Below are positions 1 to 9,105 of a stretch of DNA of 32,000 nucleotides, piece after piece. How positions within the stretch are numbered: the first letter of the stretch is position 1; every line of letters begins with the position of its first letter. Source of the DNA: Acaryochloris marina MBIC11017 (GTDB lineage Bacteria > Cyanobacteriota > Cyanobacteriia > Thermosynechococcales > Thermosynechococcaceae); assembly GCF_000018105.1 (NCBI RefSeq), contig NC_009929.1, forward strand, positions 30,001 to 62,000, in the 5' to 3' direction. The notes beneath the pieces were generated by a model that did no database searches, was not told the origin of the DNA, and worked only from the letters and a program-made list of their open reading frames with translations. The translations under genes and the position numbers were made by a program.

Positions 1-2
1 GC

Positions 3-236
3 AATAACTGTGAATATGCCACGAACTGGCTGATTGAAACGGACGGTAAATACCATGTGGGCCTGAATTACAACGATTTTGCCTCTCTGGGTATCACCAT
101 GAACGACCTAGAGAAGGTGATTTTGCGGGAGGAAATCTACAGCCAGATCAACTCCGACAACAAGTATGAGCGGGTGGCAGGCGTTGCTAGCTACCTGGAA
201 GAAACCTCTATCGACAAACAAGGACTTAAGTCATGA
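3..236 (+). CDS. 3' end of an upstream gene (5' part lies outside the window); function not assignable
   Basis: Frame 3 is open from the window edge to TGA at 234-236. The stop overlaps the ATG of the next gene (ATGA at 233-236), which suggests translational coupling into the transfer operon. Confidence 0.45.
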   Translation, partial: NNCEYATNWLIETDGKYHVGLNYNDFASLGITMNDLEKVILREEIYSQINSDNKYERVAGVASYLEETSIDKQGLKS

Positions 237-1255
237 GAAACATCATTACTGGACTGACAGCTATCACCCTGATAGCAGCCTCTTCCCTCCCCACCCTCGC
301 CCAGAATGCTGCATCGGGAGAGAGTGATTACTGGCGCACAACCGATGTGGATTACAGCGTCTTTAAGAAGGATCAGCCCATCAACAATAAGGGGCTGTTT
401 GAGGTAGATAAGAAAACGGGTAAACAGACTCAACTGTCTAAGGACTTTCAGAAAGGGGTTGAAATCTACCAGCAGGCTAAGCCCGTGATCGATCTCGTGG
501 GTGGAATTTTTGGCTTGGGGGGTAGCTTGGGTTTTCTCAAGCACATTGACAACAACCTGGAGTATGGCGAGTGGCTATTTGGCAAGGTGCCCAGAGAGCA
601 GCAGGCGCAGGAGCAACAGGCGCAAGGCACAGAGGCCAACGGGGCACCGCTGGGAGATGTCTATGGGGTTGATGGCAAAGTTGACCCGACCAAGGCGCGA
701 GAGCAGGCATTATCGACGATTGAGGCCAATGCGGACATCAAGGCCGATTCTCCCTTTGGGGTGAGTCGCACCATGTACAAGCTCTTGGTGGGTGATCTGG
801 CGGTTACCCGTGCGGCCCGGAAAAACCTTGAGCTGATGTTTGGTGAAGCGGGTCAACAGTTTGCCAAGGAAGCACGAGAGTACTCAGCCAATGTGGTCAA
901 AACGTCAGGGCAGATGGTGGATCAGGCTCTTGAAGCGAAATCTACTCAAGATGTCAATAAAATCCGTGCCCAGATTGCGGCCAACGGACAGCTCCTCGAT
1001 CAGGTGCAGTTTGCCGAGCAGCAGCAAACCCGCTTCTCGGTGGATCGGGTCAATGATGCGGTCTTGACCCAGTTGGAGCTAAAGCAGCAGGAGAAGTGGG
1101 ACAAAGAGCAAGATGAAGCCTCAGCCGATATTGGCTTGGCTCAAGTCCGTCAGCTTACTTTCTCGATGCTGCATCCGAGTGGGTCCGAGTCAGGTCCAAG
1201 TAACCAAGCAGCCAAAGTTTCAGCTCAACAGAACCCTAGCTTTATTCGAAAATGA
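233..1255 (+). CDS. Secreted, Gln/Ala-rich helical protein; TrbJ/VirB5-like candidate by position only
   Basis: 340-aa ORF with an N-terminal signal peptide (MRNIITGLTAITLIAASSLPTLAQNA). ATGA overlaps occur at both ends. It sits directly upstream of a polytopic TrbL/VirB6-like gene, as in trbJ-trbL operons. Confidence 0.55.
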   Translation: MRNIITGLTAITLIAASSLPTLAQNAASGESDYWRTTDVDYSVFKKDQPINNKGLFEVDKKTGKQTQLSKDFQKGVEIYQQAKPVIDLVGGIFGLGGSLGFLKHIDNNLEYGEWLFGKVPREQQAQEQQAQGTEANGAPLGDVYGVDGKVDPTKAREQALSTIEANADIKADSPFGVSRTMYKLLVGDLAVTRAARKNLELMFGEAGQQFAKEAREYSANVVKTSGQMVDQALEAKSTQDVNKIRAQIAANGQLLDQVQFAEQQQTRFSVDRVNDAVLTQLELKQQEKWDKEQDEASADIGLAQVRQLTFSMLHPSGSESGPSNQAAKVSAQQNPSFIRK

Positions 1256-2325
1256 TGTTTTCTTTAGATGCAATCCTGATTGCTGGGATTAACTTTGATA
1301 GCCCTCAAGATATTATCAACAACACCAAAGAGATTTCAGCGGAGATTGATAAGGCTCTGTCAGTGCTGTGGGGCTTTTTGGGGTCGAAGTTGTTTATTGA
1401 AATATCCAATGTTGCGGCGATTATTGCAGCGTTAGGCGTGGGCTTCTGGGCCATCAAATGGATTAAGGAGGTTGCCAAATCGGACGAGTTCTTTTATCCA
1501 GACAAAATTCCGCAAATGGCCTTTGGCTTGATGTTAGCAGTCTTGTTGGGCGCACCAACCGAGCGGGGCAAGCTCTTGACGGATGTCTTGATTTCCTATG
1601 ACCGTTTTACAACAAATCTCTCCAATATTGTCCTAGTTGCCGCCCGACCCAACCCTGAAAAGGATCCCGTCGCCAGTGCTCAGGTTTCCCAGGCGGTTCG
1701 TGACCGAGCGGCTCAAGATGCCAAGAAGTGCGAGAAGTTGGGTCTATTAACCCAGGCTCGGTTTGATTGTGTAGATGAAGCCATTGAGCGAGTCTCCACC
1801 TCCTTAGAACCCTATAAGGAGGAGTGGGCATCGAAACTTCATCGTGAGCTGACTTCTGCACTGGGTCTCTTGAATGACCGTGCTATCGGTGAAGCCGCTA
1901 AAGAGAATATCAAAAGGGATTTCACTTTATTTGCCGGGGATGCGCTGAACAAGGTGTTGATTTTCGTTATGTTTGGCCTGACGGTTGCATTTTTGGTCCT
2001 ACTTAGGGTGGCAAAGCCGTTAATCTCCATTGTGTTTCCCCTCTATATCGGCTTGAGTTATGTGCCCAGCTCGAAACCGCCCGTGCTCTGGGCCATTGGC
2101 ATGTTGATTGACATCGTGCTCATTGAAATCATTTTCAAAATTTTCTTATCCATGATCGCTCAATTGGCCCTGACGCTCCCCTTGCAGATCGACACGTTGA
2201 CATTGGGTCTACTGATTGTTTTTGGTGGAATTCCATTCAGCATTATTCTAGGTCGGCGTTTGTCAGATGGTCTGACGGGGGCAGGGGTGAGTGCATTTCC
2301 TGGTTTAAGTCGGAGGTTCAGATGA
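1252..2325 (+). CDS. Polytopic inner-membrane protein, TrbL/VirB6-like T4SS component (candidate)
   Basis: 357-aa ORF with several long hydrophobic segments (e.g. AAIIAALGVGFWAI, VLIFVMFGLTVAFLVLL, LWAIGMLIDIVLIEIIFKIFLSMIA). Start and stop are coupled to the neighbouring genes by ATGA overlaps. Confidence 0.55.
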   Translation: MMFSLDAILIAGINFDSPQDIINNTKEISAEIDKALSVLWGFLGSKLFIEISNVAAIIAALGVGFWAIKWIKEVAKSDEFFYPDKIPQMAFGLMLAVLLGAPTERGKLLTDVLISYDRFTTNLSNIVLVAARPNPEKDPVASAQVSQAVRDRAAQDAKKCEKLGLLTQARFDCVDEAIERVSTSLEPYKEEWASKLHRELTSALGLLNDRAIGEAAKENIKRDFTLFAGDALNKVLIFVMFGLTVAFLVLLRVAKPLISIVFPLYIGLSYVPSSKPPVLWAIGMLIDIVLIEIIFKIFLSMIAQLALTLPLQIDTLTLGLLIVFGGIPFSIILGRRLSDGLTGAGVSAFPGLSRRFR

Positions 2326-3041
2326 AGGTTAATGTTTTTGATAAAGCTGTCGCTAGTCCTCGGCAGATCCGTCCCAAGGCTGTTTGGTTAGGAATTATCC
2401 TGATTATTCTGGCTACTGTAGCCCTATCCTATGGACTGATTAATTTACGAATATCGTCAGTGGAGGGCAGGCTCGATCAGCTAGCCAATCGCCCGATTGT
2501 GGTTCAGTTTGGCAAGAATGCAGAACTGGTTAAAGTTGAACCCGTTACCCCTTCTGAGAATGTTGAAGAATTTGTGCAAGAAGTTCTTCCCCCTATGTTC
2601 GCCTGGTCTAAGAAGGTTCTCCCTGAAGTCCATCCCACTGGTATTGATCCAGGTCGAGATACGAAGTATGGCAAGCTGCCAACCTTGATTTTCTACTACA
2701 CCAACGCTCTGGAAATTAGATACAGAAACGTTTTCAGGAAAAATATTGCCAATTACAAGCCTGACAAATTTGAGCAGGGTGAGGCAACGTTACTCAGGAT
2801 TGAGCGATTGGTGAAACCTCGCCAAACCGAGGAAGGGTGGGAGGTTGATGTGTACGCCGATCTAATCACCCTGGATGTCGATGACGTGGCTTACATGTCT
2901 GAACCATTCAACAGCACGATCCACATTAAAGAAATATTACCCCCCAAGCACAATGCATCATTTACCCCCATCGAGGAGGCATTCGTTGCCGTGCTTAAAC
3001 GAGGGCTGATCATCACACGAATTGCAAAGTTGGAGGCTTAA
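2322..3041 (+). CDS. Bitopic membrane protein, VirB8/TrbF-like candidate
   Basis: 239-aa ORF with a single N-terminal TM helix (AVWLGIILIILATVALSYGLI) followed by a soluble domain of about 190 aa. The assignment rests on its position in the operon only. Confidence 0.45.
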   Translation: MKVNVFDKAVASPRQIRPKAVWLGIILIILATVALSYGLINLRISSVEGRLDQLANRPIVVQFGKNAELVKVEPVTPSENVEEFVQEVLPPMFAWSKKVLPEVHPTGIDPGRDTKYGKLPTLIFYYTNALEIRYRNVFRKNIANYKPDKFEQGEATLLRIERLVKPRQTEEGWEVDVYADLITLDVDDVAYMSEPFNSTIHIKEILPPKHNASFTPIEEAFVAVLKRGLIITRIAKLEA

Positions 3042-3044
3042 GCG

Positions 3045-4484
3045 ATGTCCACCGCATTAAACAAATGGCAAGATCTGACGGGTGATGTCGATGATCCGTT
3101 GGATGAGATCGTTGAAGAAGCGGATGACGACAGCGATGAGGATTACAGCGTTGTCACCAAGCACACCCTGGCAACGAACCCCATGATTAAGTTGTGCATC
3201 TGGGGTGGTGGCATTTTGGTGGTCTTGCTGGGCATTTTTGGCATCTTCTTAGGTGTGACGGCTAATGGTGGCAATACCGCTAATAATCAACAGCAACAGC
3301 AACAGGCCGCAGTCCCACCGAACGCTCAGACAGGGCTATCCAAAAGTGACCAAAAGATTGTTGAGGATCTGTTGGAGCGAGAAACCTTTAATCGCCAGCA
3401 AAAGCGTCAGCAGGTTCTCAATGGGAAAAAGCAGCAGGGAAAACCAAAAGGGAATCAACGGCCTGCCTCCGTTTCACCGCAAAACACCGTATCTGCTCCA
3501 CGGGTCATCTATCGGGCAAGGCCCATACAACAGCGCTCTCATGCCTCTTATCAGCAGGATAGGAATAGACAGTTTTTGGTGCAACGTCCGGTTGCAGTTC
3601 AACCCATAGAGCAGCCGATTGATGATCCTAATGCTGGATTCTTTACTGCCCCTGTCGCTGCTTCTAGCTCCCCCGCTAGAACGGGCAAGCGCAAGCTGCT
3701 GAAGCTTTCCAAATCTGATGAATTTAAGTCGAATAAATCGCCAATAAAACGGTTTACTCCTCCGGTCCAGGTTGCTAGTACTGCTCAGACTATTCCCCAG
3801 CCCAGTAAACAGTTTGGAAATCTTTCTGGTAACCTCCAAAATCCATATATGAATCAGATTGTGGCAACGGCTAGCCAAGCGGTGATTCCTGTGGATACGG
3901 CCATTAGCGCTCAAGTGGTCAACCGAGTCTCATGGATACCAGAAAATCCAGGTTTAGCAAAGGGGAAGGTCGTGCGCTTAAAGCTTCAGGATGATCTGAA
4001 GGATGGCGCAGGGGATGTCGTTGCGAGTCGAGGCACCATTGCCCTTGGTATTGTCACCCAGGCCACAGAGCAAGGGTTGATTTCAGTGAATCTCACCAAG
4101 ATTGGATCTAAGTTTGTTCAGTCAGGAGCCGTTGAAATCCATCAAGACGGAGATCCGACGATGATTGCCAAACTGGAGACGAAGGGAGGGAATAACGGTT
4201 TTATCAAGACGGCTCTGGATATTGGTATTGGTGGGGTCCAGACCTGGGCAAGTAACCTCAATAATCCCACGAGTCAAACCGCGATCAGTAATGGTAATCA
4301 GACGTTCCTTTCCACGAACAACAACAATCGCAATAACACTGCTGCATTTGTGGAAGGGGCTACAGGGCGGATTGGGGAACGTCTTAGACAGTCTGTTAAT
4401 GGCCCAACGCAAACCAAAATTGGTGTGTTTCGGTTTGGCGGTAAAAAAGTACAGCTCTATTTCGTGCGAGAGGTGCGTCTGTGA
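3045..4484 (+). CDS. VirB10/TrbI-like T4SS protein (candidate)
   Basis: 479-aa ORF with VirB10-type architecture: acidic N-terminus, one TM helix (LCIWGGGILVVLLGIFGIFLGV), a long Gln/Pro-rich linker and a C-terminal beta-rich domain. Confidence 0.5.
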   Translation: MSTALNKWQDLTGDVDDPLDEIVEEADDDSDEDYSVVTKHTLATNPMIKLCIWGGGILVVLLGIFGIFLGVTANGGNTANNQQQQQQAAVPPNAQTGLSKSDQKIVEDLLERETFNRQQKRQQVLNGKKQQGKPKGNQRPASVSPQNTVSAPRVIYRARPIQQRSHASYQQDRNRQFLVQRPVAVQPIEQPIDDPNAGFFTAPVAASSSPARTGKRKLLKLSKSDEFKSNKSPIKRFTPPVQVASTAQTIPQPSKQFGNLSGNLQNPYMNQIVATASQAVIPVDTAISAQVVNRVSWIPENPGLAKGKVVRLKLQDDLKDGAGDVVASRGTIALGIVTQATEQGLISVNLTKIGSKFVQSGAVEIHQDGDPTMIAKLETKGGNNGFIKTALDIGIGGVQTWASNLNNPTSQTAISNGNQTFLSTNNNNRNNTAAFVEGATGRIGERLRQSVNGPTQTKIGVFRFGGKKVQLYFVREVRL

Positions 4485-4903
4485 ACCAATTGATAGTTGC
4501 GCTGTTATTCCTGGTGAGCTGGTCAACGGTCGCCTCAGCACAGCAAGTGAGAGAGTTGAACCTCAAAGGAACAACCAATATGCGGCCCATTGCCGTTGAT
4601 CCATCCGGGGTGATTGTCCACCTCAACAATGGCGACAAGATACAGGGTTTGAGTCTCCAGCCACCGAATCAAATTGAGCTGTATCCATTGGATGGTCAGC
4701 TCTGCTCTGGAGTGAAACAGTGCCAAGGTCAGGCTCCTTCCATGCTGCAATTGACGAGGGTTAAACCCAAAAATATTAAGGGGAAGATATCAAATTCTGA
4801 TGGCTCCTCGATGTTGGTGATTGTGACGAACTCTGGAGCCAAGCATGTTCTGTTTGTGGTGCCTACGAGTCGGGCCAAGTATCAAGTCGTCAATATTCAG
4901 TAA
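4481..4903 (+). CDS. Small secreted protein, last gene of the T4SS-like operon
   Basis: 140-aa ORF with a GTG start overlapping the upstream stop (GTGA). It has a signal peptide, MNQLIVALLFLVSWSTVASAQQ. Confidence 0.5.
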   Translation: MNQLIVALLFLVSWSTVASAQQVRELNLKGTTNMRPIAVDPSGVIVHLNNGDKIQGLSLQPPNQIELYPLDGQLCSGVKQCQGQAPSMLQLTRVKPKNIKGKISNSDGSSMLVIVTNSGAKHVLFVVPTSRAKYQVVNIQ

Positions 4904-5367
4904 TTTTTTGCAAATGAAGAAATAAAAAGTAAATAACTTATCCATAAAGAATAGAGAACATTAACTTGTTCTAAAGCCGATTAATCAAGATTATTGAGGT
5001 AAATATGATATAGTTCGCAAATACTAATAGTGCGATGGTTTTATTGCACCCGTATCCCGATCTAGCCTGAAATTTTAGGGTTCCTAGAAGGATATTCAAT
5101 GAAAAAACAGTTTTACAGTAATCTTTTACTTGATCTTTGGATTGCCGTTTGTGGTTACGATTACAGGATATTTTTACATTGAATTAAAGCATGTTGGGCC
5201 ACCGACTCTCGAACAATCACGGGTGCAGTATCCGACATGTGATCAGCGCCAGAGGTTCGTGACGGTCTGTGTGAAAGTAAGCAACTAGTTTAGGTGAATG
5301 GTGGCAGCGAAATAAAGCTGGAGTTGAGGACATTTTAGAAGATCAAGATAAGTGGGTACTTGCGTAA

Positions 5368-5823
5368 ATGACATATAGATATAAAGAAGATAAGCCAGAA
5401 AATTGGATTGATAGGGAGCATGAACTACCTGAAGATAATACTTTATGGAAGCAATATGAAATCTATATTGATATTTTTAAGTTCTATTTGGACACCACTT
5501 GGAAAGTAGTAACTTGGTTTTACGCAATTACTGGTGCAATTCTCGTCTATTATTTCGACCATGCAGATAACAATAATCCTTATCTTAGATATTCTTTAGT
5601 GCTACCAGCACTTTTGAGTATTGGATTCTTTATTATTTTTGGAAAAGGTGCTCAAAAAAATAAGAAACTTAATGAATGGCTTGATTATATTCGATCAGAA
5701 CTAGGTATTCCTGGTAGACCTCATACGGAAATACTTTTAATATTCTTAGAGCAAAGCAGGAACTTATTTGCTGCTGTCTTTTTAGGTTTAACAATTTTAT
5801 TTGTTTCTAGCTTCTTCTGGTAA
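5368..5823 (+). CDS. Hypothetical membrane protein (about 3 TM helices) in an AT-rich segment
   Basis: 151-aa ORF, visibly more AT-rich than the backbone. Hydrophobic helices are VVTWFYAITGAILVYYF, LVLPALLSIGFFIIF and LFAAVFLGLTILFVSSFFW. A terminator hairpin follows. Confidence 0.5.
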   Translation: MTYRYKEDKPENWIDREHELPEDNTLWKQYEIYIDIFKFYLDTTWKVVTWFYAITGAILVYYFDHADNNNPYLRYSLVLPALLSIGFFIIFGKGAQKNKKLNEWLDYIRSELGIPGRPHTEILLIFLEQSRNLFAAVFLGLTILFVSSFFW

Positions 5824-5873
5824 TCATGTTAGTATGCTACTTCGTTAGATTAATCGAGTTCAAAAGAATCTAT

Positions 5874-5900
5874 CTTGCAGTACTATTGCAAGCTTTTTTT
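5874..5900 (+). terminator. Rho-independent terminator candidate
   Basis: Stem CTTGCA (5874-5879) pairs with TGCAAG (5887-5892) across a 7-nt loop. A run of 7 T follows at 5894-5900, about 50 nt after the 5368-5823 ORF. Confidence 0.55.
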
Positions 5901-6396
5901 GGAAGCAGATGAGATCCTCATGTTGTATAGCTTTAACAATGTCTATCTTTATCTAAAATTGCTATGTAAGTGATGCTCTGTTTTAGATATTGATTGGACT
6001 TTTCTAATCTTTACTAGCATCAATTCCAGTCGTTTTTTCGTATTTGAGGGAGGTATATAGCTTCTGAGTATAATCAACCAAAAGTGTCCAATACATCGCT
6101 ATTTGCACAGATGTACAAAATTAGTGCTCAGCCTATAAAACGCTGAATCTATTGCTGTTAAGTAGTTTTCGGTAATTCTTTCTCTGATTTTCTATTCAAC
6201 AGATGTAAATAATTAGATGCATCGATGCCATTAATTTGGGTTGAGCAATGTACAGCATTATTTGCACACCTATCAACGCCAATTGTTAGATCCATGACTC
6301 CAGAACGGAATAACTGAATCTCAAATCAAGCTGAAGACTCGTGTAATTTCATGGCTTACCCCAGATAATTTAACGATATCTGCCATAAAAACAGCC

Positions 6397-6825
6397 ATGA
6401 CTGAATCTGTAACCCTAACAGCCACAGTAATTGCTAATCTTGCCTTTCAAGAATTCCTAAAAACCAGTGCTGGTGAAGCAGCAAAACAGTTCACTGCTGA
6501 TGCCCTTTCCTTGATGGGGAAACTCCGTCAGAAGATTTGGGATAGGCTACGCGGTAAACATGGCGCAGCAGAACAGGCATTAACCCAGGCAGAGACAGGT
6601 GATCAGAAAGCAATTGAAACTGTTGCTACTCTGCTAGATGTGGAAATGCTAGATGAAACTTTTGCTGGAGAACTACGACAGATAGCCCAAGAAATCAATA
6701 TTCATATCAGCAAGGACAACGACACCCAAGTTCAAAATAACTACGGTGGAACCAACTTCCAAAACAGTATTTCAGGTGGAGAAGTCTATCAAGGCGATAA
6801 CATCACCATCAATAAGACCATTTGA
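6397..6825 (+). CDS. N-terminal helical adaptor-like module (effector-associated-domain-like); upstream part of the interrupted NLR-like gene
   Basis: 142-aa ORF. Its first 100 or so residues are clearly homologous to the N-terminus of the 9569-10525 ORF (MTExxTLxAxVIANLAFQExLKxSAGE...FTADA...LRQKIWxRLRGK). It ends at a TGA (6823-6825) that is in frame with the NB-ARC ORF downstream. Confidence 0.7.
   Translation: MTESVTLTATVIANLAFQEFLKTSAGEAAKQFTADALSLMGKLRQKIWDRLRGKHGAAEQALTQAETGDQKAIETVATLLDVEMLDETFAGELRQIAQEINIHISKDNDTQVQNNYGGTNFQNSISGGEVYQGDNITINKTI
6823..6825 (+). other. Single in-frame TGA (context TGA-CTAG) separating the N-terminal module from the NB-ARC-TPR body
   Basis: ORFs 6397-6825 and 6994-9105 share frame 1. 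Codons 6826-6993 are open and encode the canonical pre-P-loop segment (...NLPRSGVKEFVGRNQKLQDLHEQLQNSQRIAITAIAG). That stretch contains no in-frame ATG, GTG or TTG. Confidence 0.8.
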
Positions 6826-6993
6826 CTAGAGTCGCCTGACCAGGACCGGGCAAAGTTAAATCCTCCTATTGGCATTCCCTCTAACCTTCCCCGAAGTGGG
6901 GTTAAGGAGTTTGTTGGTCGTAACCAAAAACTTCAAGACCTCCATGAGCAATTACAAAACAGCCAACGTATTGCAATTACAGCTATAGCTGGG

Positions 6994-9105
6994 ATGGGGG
7001 GCATTGGCAAAACAGAGCTGGCATTGCAATACGCCATAGCTCAATTAGAACAGGAGCAATACCCCGGAGGAATTTGTTGGCTAAGAGCCAGGGGCCAAGA
7101 GATAGCAACCCAGATAGTGACCTTTGCTCAGACTAAACTGGGTCTTACTTTCCCTGATGGATTAGATGAAAAAGGGCAGGTCGATTATTGTTGGGGACAT
7201 TGGCGAGAGGGAGATGTACTGGTTGTTCTCGATGATGTAACTGAGTTTGATGCAGTTGAACCCTATCTGCCTCCCTCAGATCCTAAGTTCAAAGTATTGC
7301 TGACAACTCGTTTGAACTTAGGCAGCTCTGTGCAGTCACTGTCCATTGAAGAACTAGATGAGGAGAGTGCATTGGCTCTACTTGAAACGCTAGTGGGACC
7401 AGACCGGATTCAATCACAATTGGAGGATGCTAAAACCTTATGTGGTTGGGTCGGTAACTTACCGTTAGGACTAGAGCTGTTGGGACGGTTTCTAGCGAGA
7501 AAATTAGACTGGTCCTTTGAAAAATTGATTGGGCGTCTTGAGTCCAAGAAATTAGCAGCGAAAGCTCTTATAACCAAAGAATCAGGAATGACGGCTCAGT
7601 TAGGGGTAGCTGCTGCATTGGAGTTAAGCTGGGTAGATCTAAGTGAGGCAGAACAAGAACTTGCCTGTTTATTAGGCGTGTTTGCAGTTGCTCCGATTCC
7701 TTGGCATCTGGTTGAAGAATGTCTATCTGATCGGGATAAAGACGATCTGGAGGACATTAGGGATGAAGGTTTAAGAGATAAAAATTTACTCAAACGAGTT
7801 GAAGAGAGAACCTACCAACTCCATCAAATTGTGAAGGAGTTCTTTCGGATTAAGTTGCAAGAATCTTCTGGTAATGGGGAGTCGCTGAAGCAGTCATTTT
7901 GTAAAGCAATGGTGGGAATTGCTCAGGGTATTGGAAACAATCCAACGATTGATGTAATTGCAGGGATGAGTGCCAGCATTCCCCATCTAGAGGAACTTGT
8001 CAGACAATGGATAGACATTCTGAGTGATGATGACTTAACCTGGCCCTATGTCGGCATCGGTCGATTTTATGAAGGGCAAGGGAACTATGGATTAGCTCTG
8101 CCTTTGTATCAAGAATGCCTGGAACAGACAAAAAAAAGATTCGACAGCGAACACCCCTCTGTCGCTCAAAGCCTCAATAACCTGGCATTACTCTACGACA
8201 ACCAAGGACGGTACACAGAAGCAGAACCCCTCTATGTCCAAGCCTTGGAGATGAGACAGAATCTCTTGGGTACCGAACACCCCGATGCCGCAACGAGCCT
8301 CAATAACCTGGCAGTACTCTACTACGACCAAGGGCGGTACACAGAAGCCGAACCGCTCTATTTGCAAGCCTTGGAGATGAGAAAGAAGCTCTTGGGCAGC
8401 GAACACCCCGGTGTCGCTCTTAGCCTCAATAACCTGGCAGCACTCTACACAAACCAAGGGCGGTACACAGAAGCCGAACCGCTCTATTTGCAAGCCTTGG
8501 AGATGAGAAAGAAGCTTTTGGGCAGCGAACACCCCGATGTCGCAACTAGCCTCAATAACCTGGCAGCACTCTACACAAACCAAGGGTGGTACACAGAAGC
8601 CGAACCCCTCTATTTGCAAGCCTTGGAGATGCAAAAGAAGCTCTTGGGCAGCGAACACCCCGATGTCGCTCAAAGCCTCAATAACCTGGCAGCACTCTAC
8701 GACAACCAAGGGCGGTACACAGAAGCCGAACCGCTCTATGTGCAAGCCTTGGAGATGAGAAAGAAGCTCTTGGGCAGCGAACACCCCGGTGTCGCTCTTA
8801 GCCTCAATAACCTGGCAGCACTCTACACAAACCAAGGGCGGTACACAGAAGCCGAACCGCTCTATGTGCAAGCCTTGGAGATGAGAAAGAAGCTCTTGGG
8901 CAGCGAACACCCCGATGTCGCTCAAAGCCTCAATAACCTGGCAGCACTCTACGACAACCAAGGGCGGTACAGCGAGGCAGAACCCCTCTATTTGCAAGCC
9001 TTGGAGATTTACCAGAAGCTCTTGGGCGATGAACACCCAAACACAGTTAAAGTTCAGAGTAATTTTGACGATTGCCGCCGAAGAATAAAGGAGTCGAATA
9101 CTTAG
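6994..9105 (+). CDS. NB-ARC (STAND) NTPase with C-terminal TPR array, NLR-like. The frame is open from 6826, and the listed ATG lies inside the P-loop.
   Basis: NB-ARC motifs are present: Walker A G-MGGIGKTE, Walker B VLVVLDDV, LLTTR, and a GLPL-type motif GNLPLGLELLG. Seven 42-aa TPR units of kinesin-light-chain type follow (SLNNLAxLYxxQGRYTEAEPLY). Confidence 0.85.
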   Translation: MGGIGKTELALQYAIAQLEQEQYPGGICWLRARGQEIATQIVTFAQTKLGLTFPDGLDEKGQVDYCWGHWREGDVLVVLDDVTEFDAVEPYLPPSDPKFKVLLTTRLNLGSSVQSLSIEELDEESALALLETLVGPDRIQSQLEDAKTLCGWVGNLPLGLELLGRFLARKLDWSFEKLIGRLESKKLAAKALITKESGMTAQLGVAAALELSWVDLSEAEQELACLLGVFAVAPIPWHLVEECLSDRDKDDLEDIRDEGLRDKNLLKRVEERTYQLHQIVKEFFRIKLQESSGNGESLKQSFCKAMVGIAQGIGNNPTIDVIAGMSASIPHLEELVRQWIDILSDDDLTWPYVGIGRFYEGQGNYGLALPLYQECLEQTKKRFDSEHPSVAQSLNNLALLYDNQGRYTEAEPLYVQALEMRQNLLGTEHPDAATSLNNLAVLYYDQGRYTEAEPLYLQALEMRKKLLGSEHPGVALSLNNLAALYTNQGRYTEAEPLYLQALEMRKKLLGSEHPDVATSLNNLAALYTNQGWYTEAEPLYLQALEMQKKLLGSEHPDVAQSLNNLAALYDNQGRYTEAEPLYVQALEMRKKLLGSEHPGVALSLNNLAALYTNQGRYTEAEPLYVQALEMRKKLLGSEHPDVAQSLNNLAALYDNQGRYSEAEPLYLQALEIYQKLLGDEHPNTVKVQSNFDDCRRRIKESNT
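8158..9039 (+). repeat. Seven tandem 126-bp (42-aa) near-identical TPR-coding repeats
   Basis: The 126-bp period is read directly from the sequence. Units 3 and 6 differ by a single residue at protein level. Differences cluster at the first 4 residues of each unit and at the LY-xx-Q positions. Confidence 0.9.

Noticed and set aside
3288-3305. CAA/CAG run (poly-Gln) and the GAT/GAC run at 16147-16167
   Set aside because: These are low-complexity coding segments (the linker of the VirB10-like protein and the acidic tail of the T4CP), not repeat elements.
191-4750. Short ORFs overlapping the T4SS-like operon (191-544 -, 501-764 +, 840-1067 +, 1607-2030 -, 2497-2688 +, 3265-3914, 4122-4750)
   Set aside because: All are nested in or antisense to longer, translationally coupled genes that have signal peptides or TM helices. 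Their products are Arg/Ser/Pro-rich, as expected for out-of-frame translation.
6010-6044. Possible protospacer for the mini-array spacer next to the insertion site (CCAGTCGTTTTTTCG against spacer CCATCGTCTTTTTC)
   Set aside because: The similarity is limited to a T-run with an indel, and the remainder matches only about 50 percent. No properly spaced GTN PAM is present.
6823-6825. The in-frame TGA as a selenocysteine codon
   Set aside because: I could see no convincing SECIS-like hairpin immediately downstream, and Sec in a linker between domains has no rationale. Nonsense mutation or read-through is more parsimonious. I could not test this formally.
8188-9036. 282-aa ORF on the minus strand, antisense to the TPR array
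   Set aside because: It is open only because the 126-bp repeat lacks stops in that frame. Its product is a Cys/Val-rich repeat with no start context. The sense strand carries clear NB-ARC-TPR motifs.
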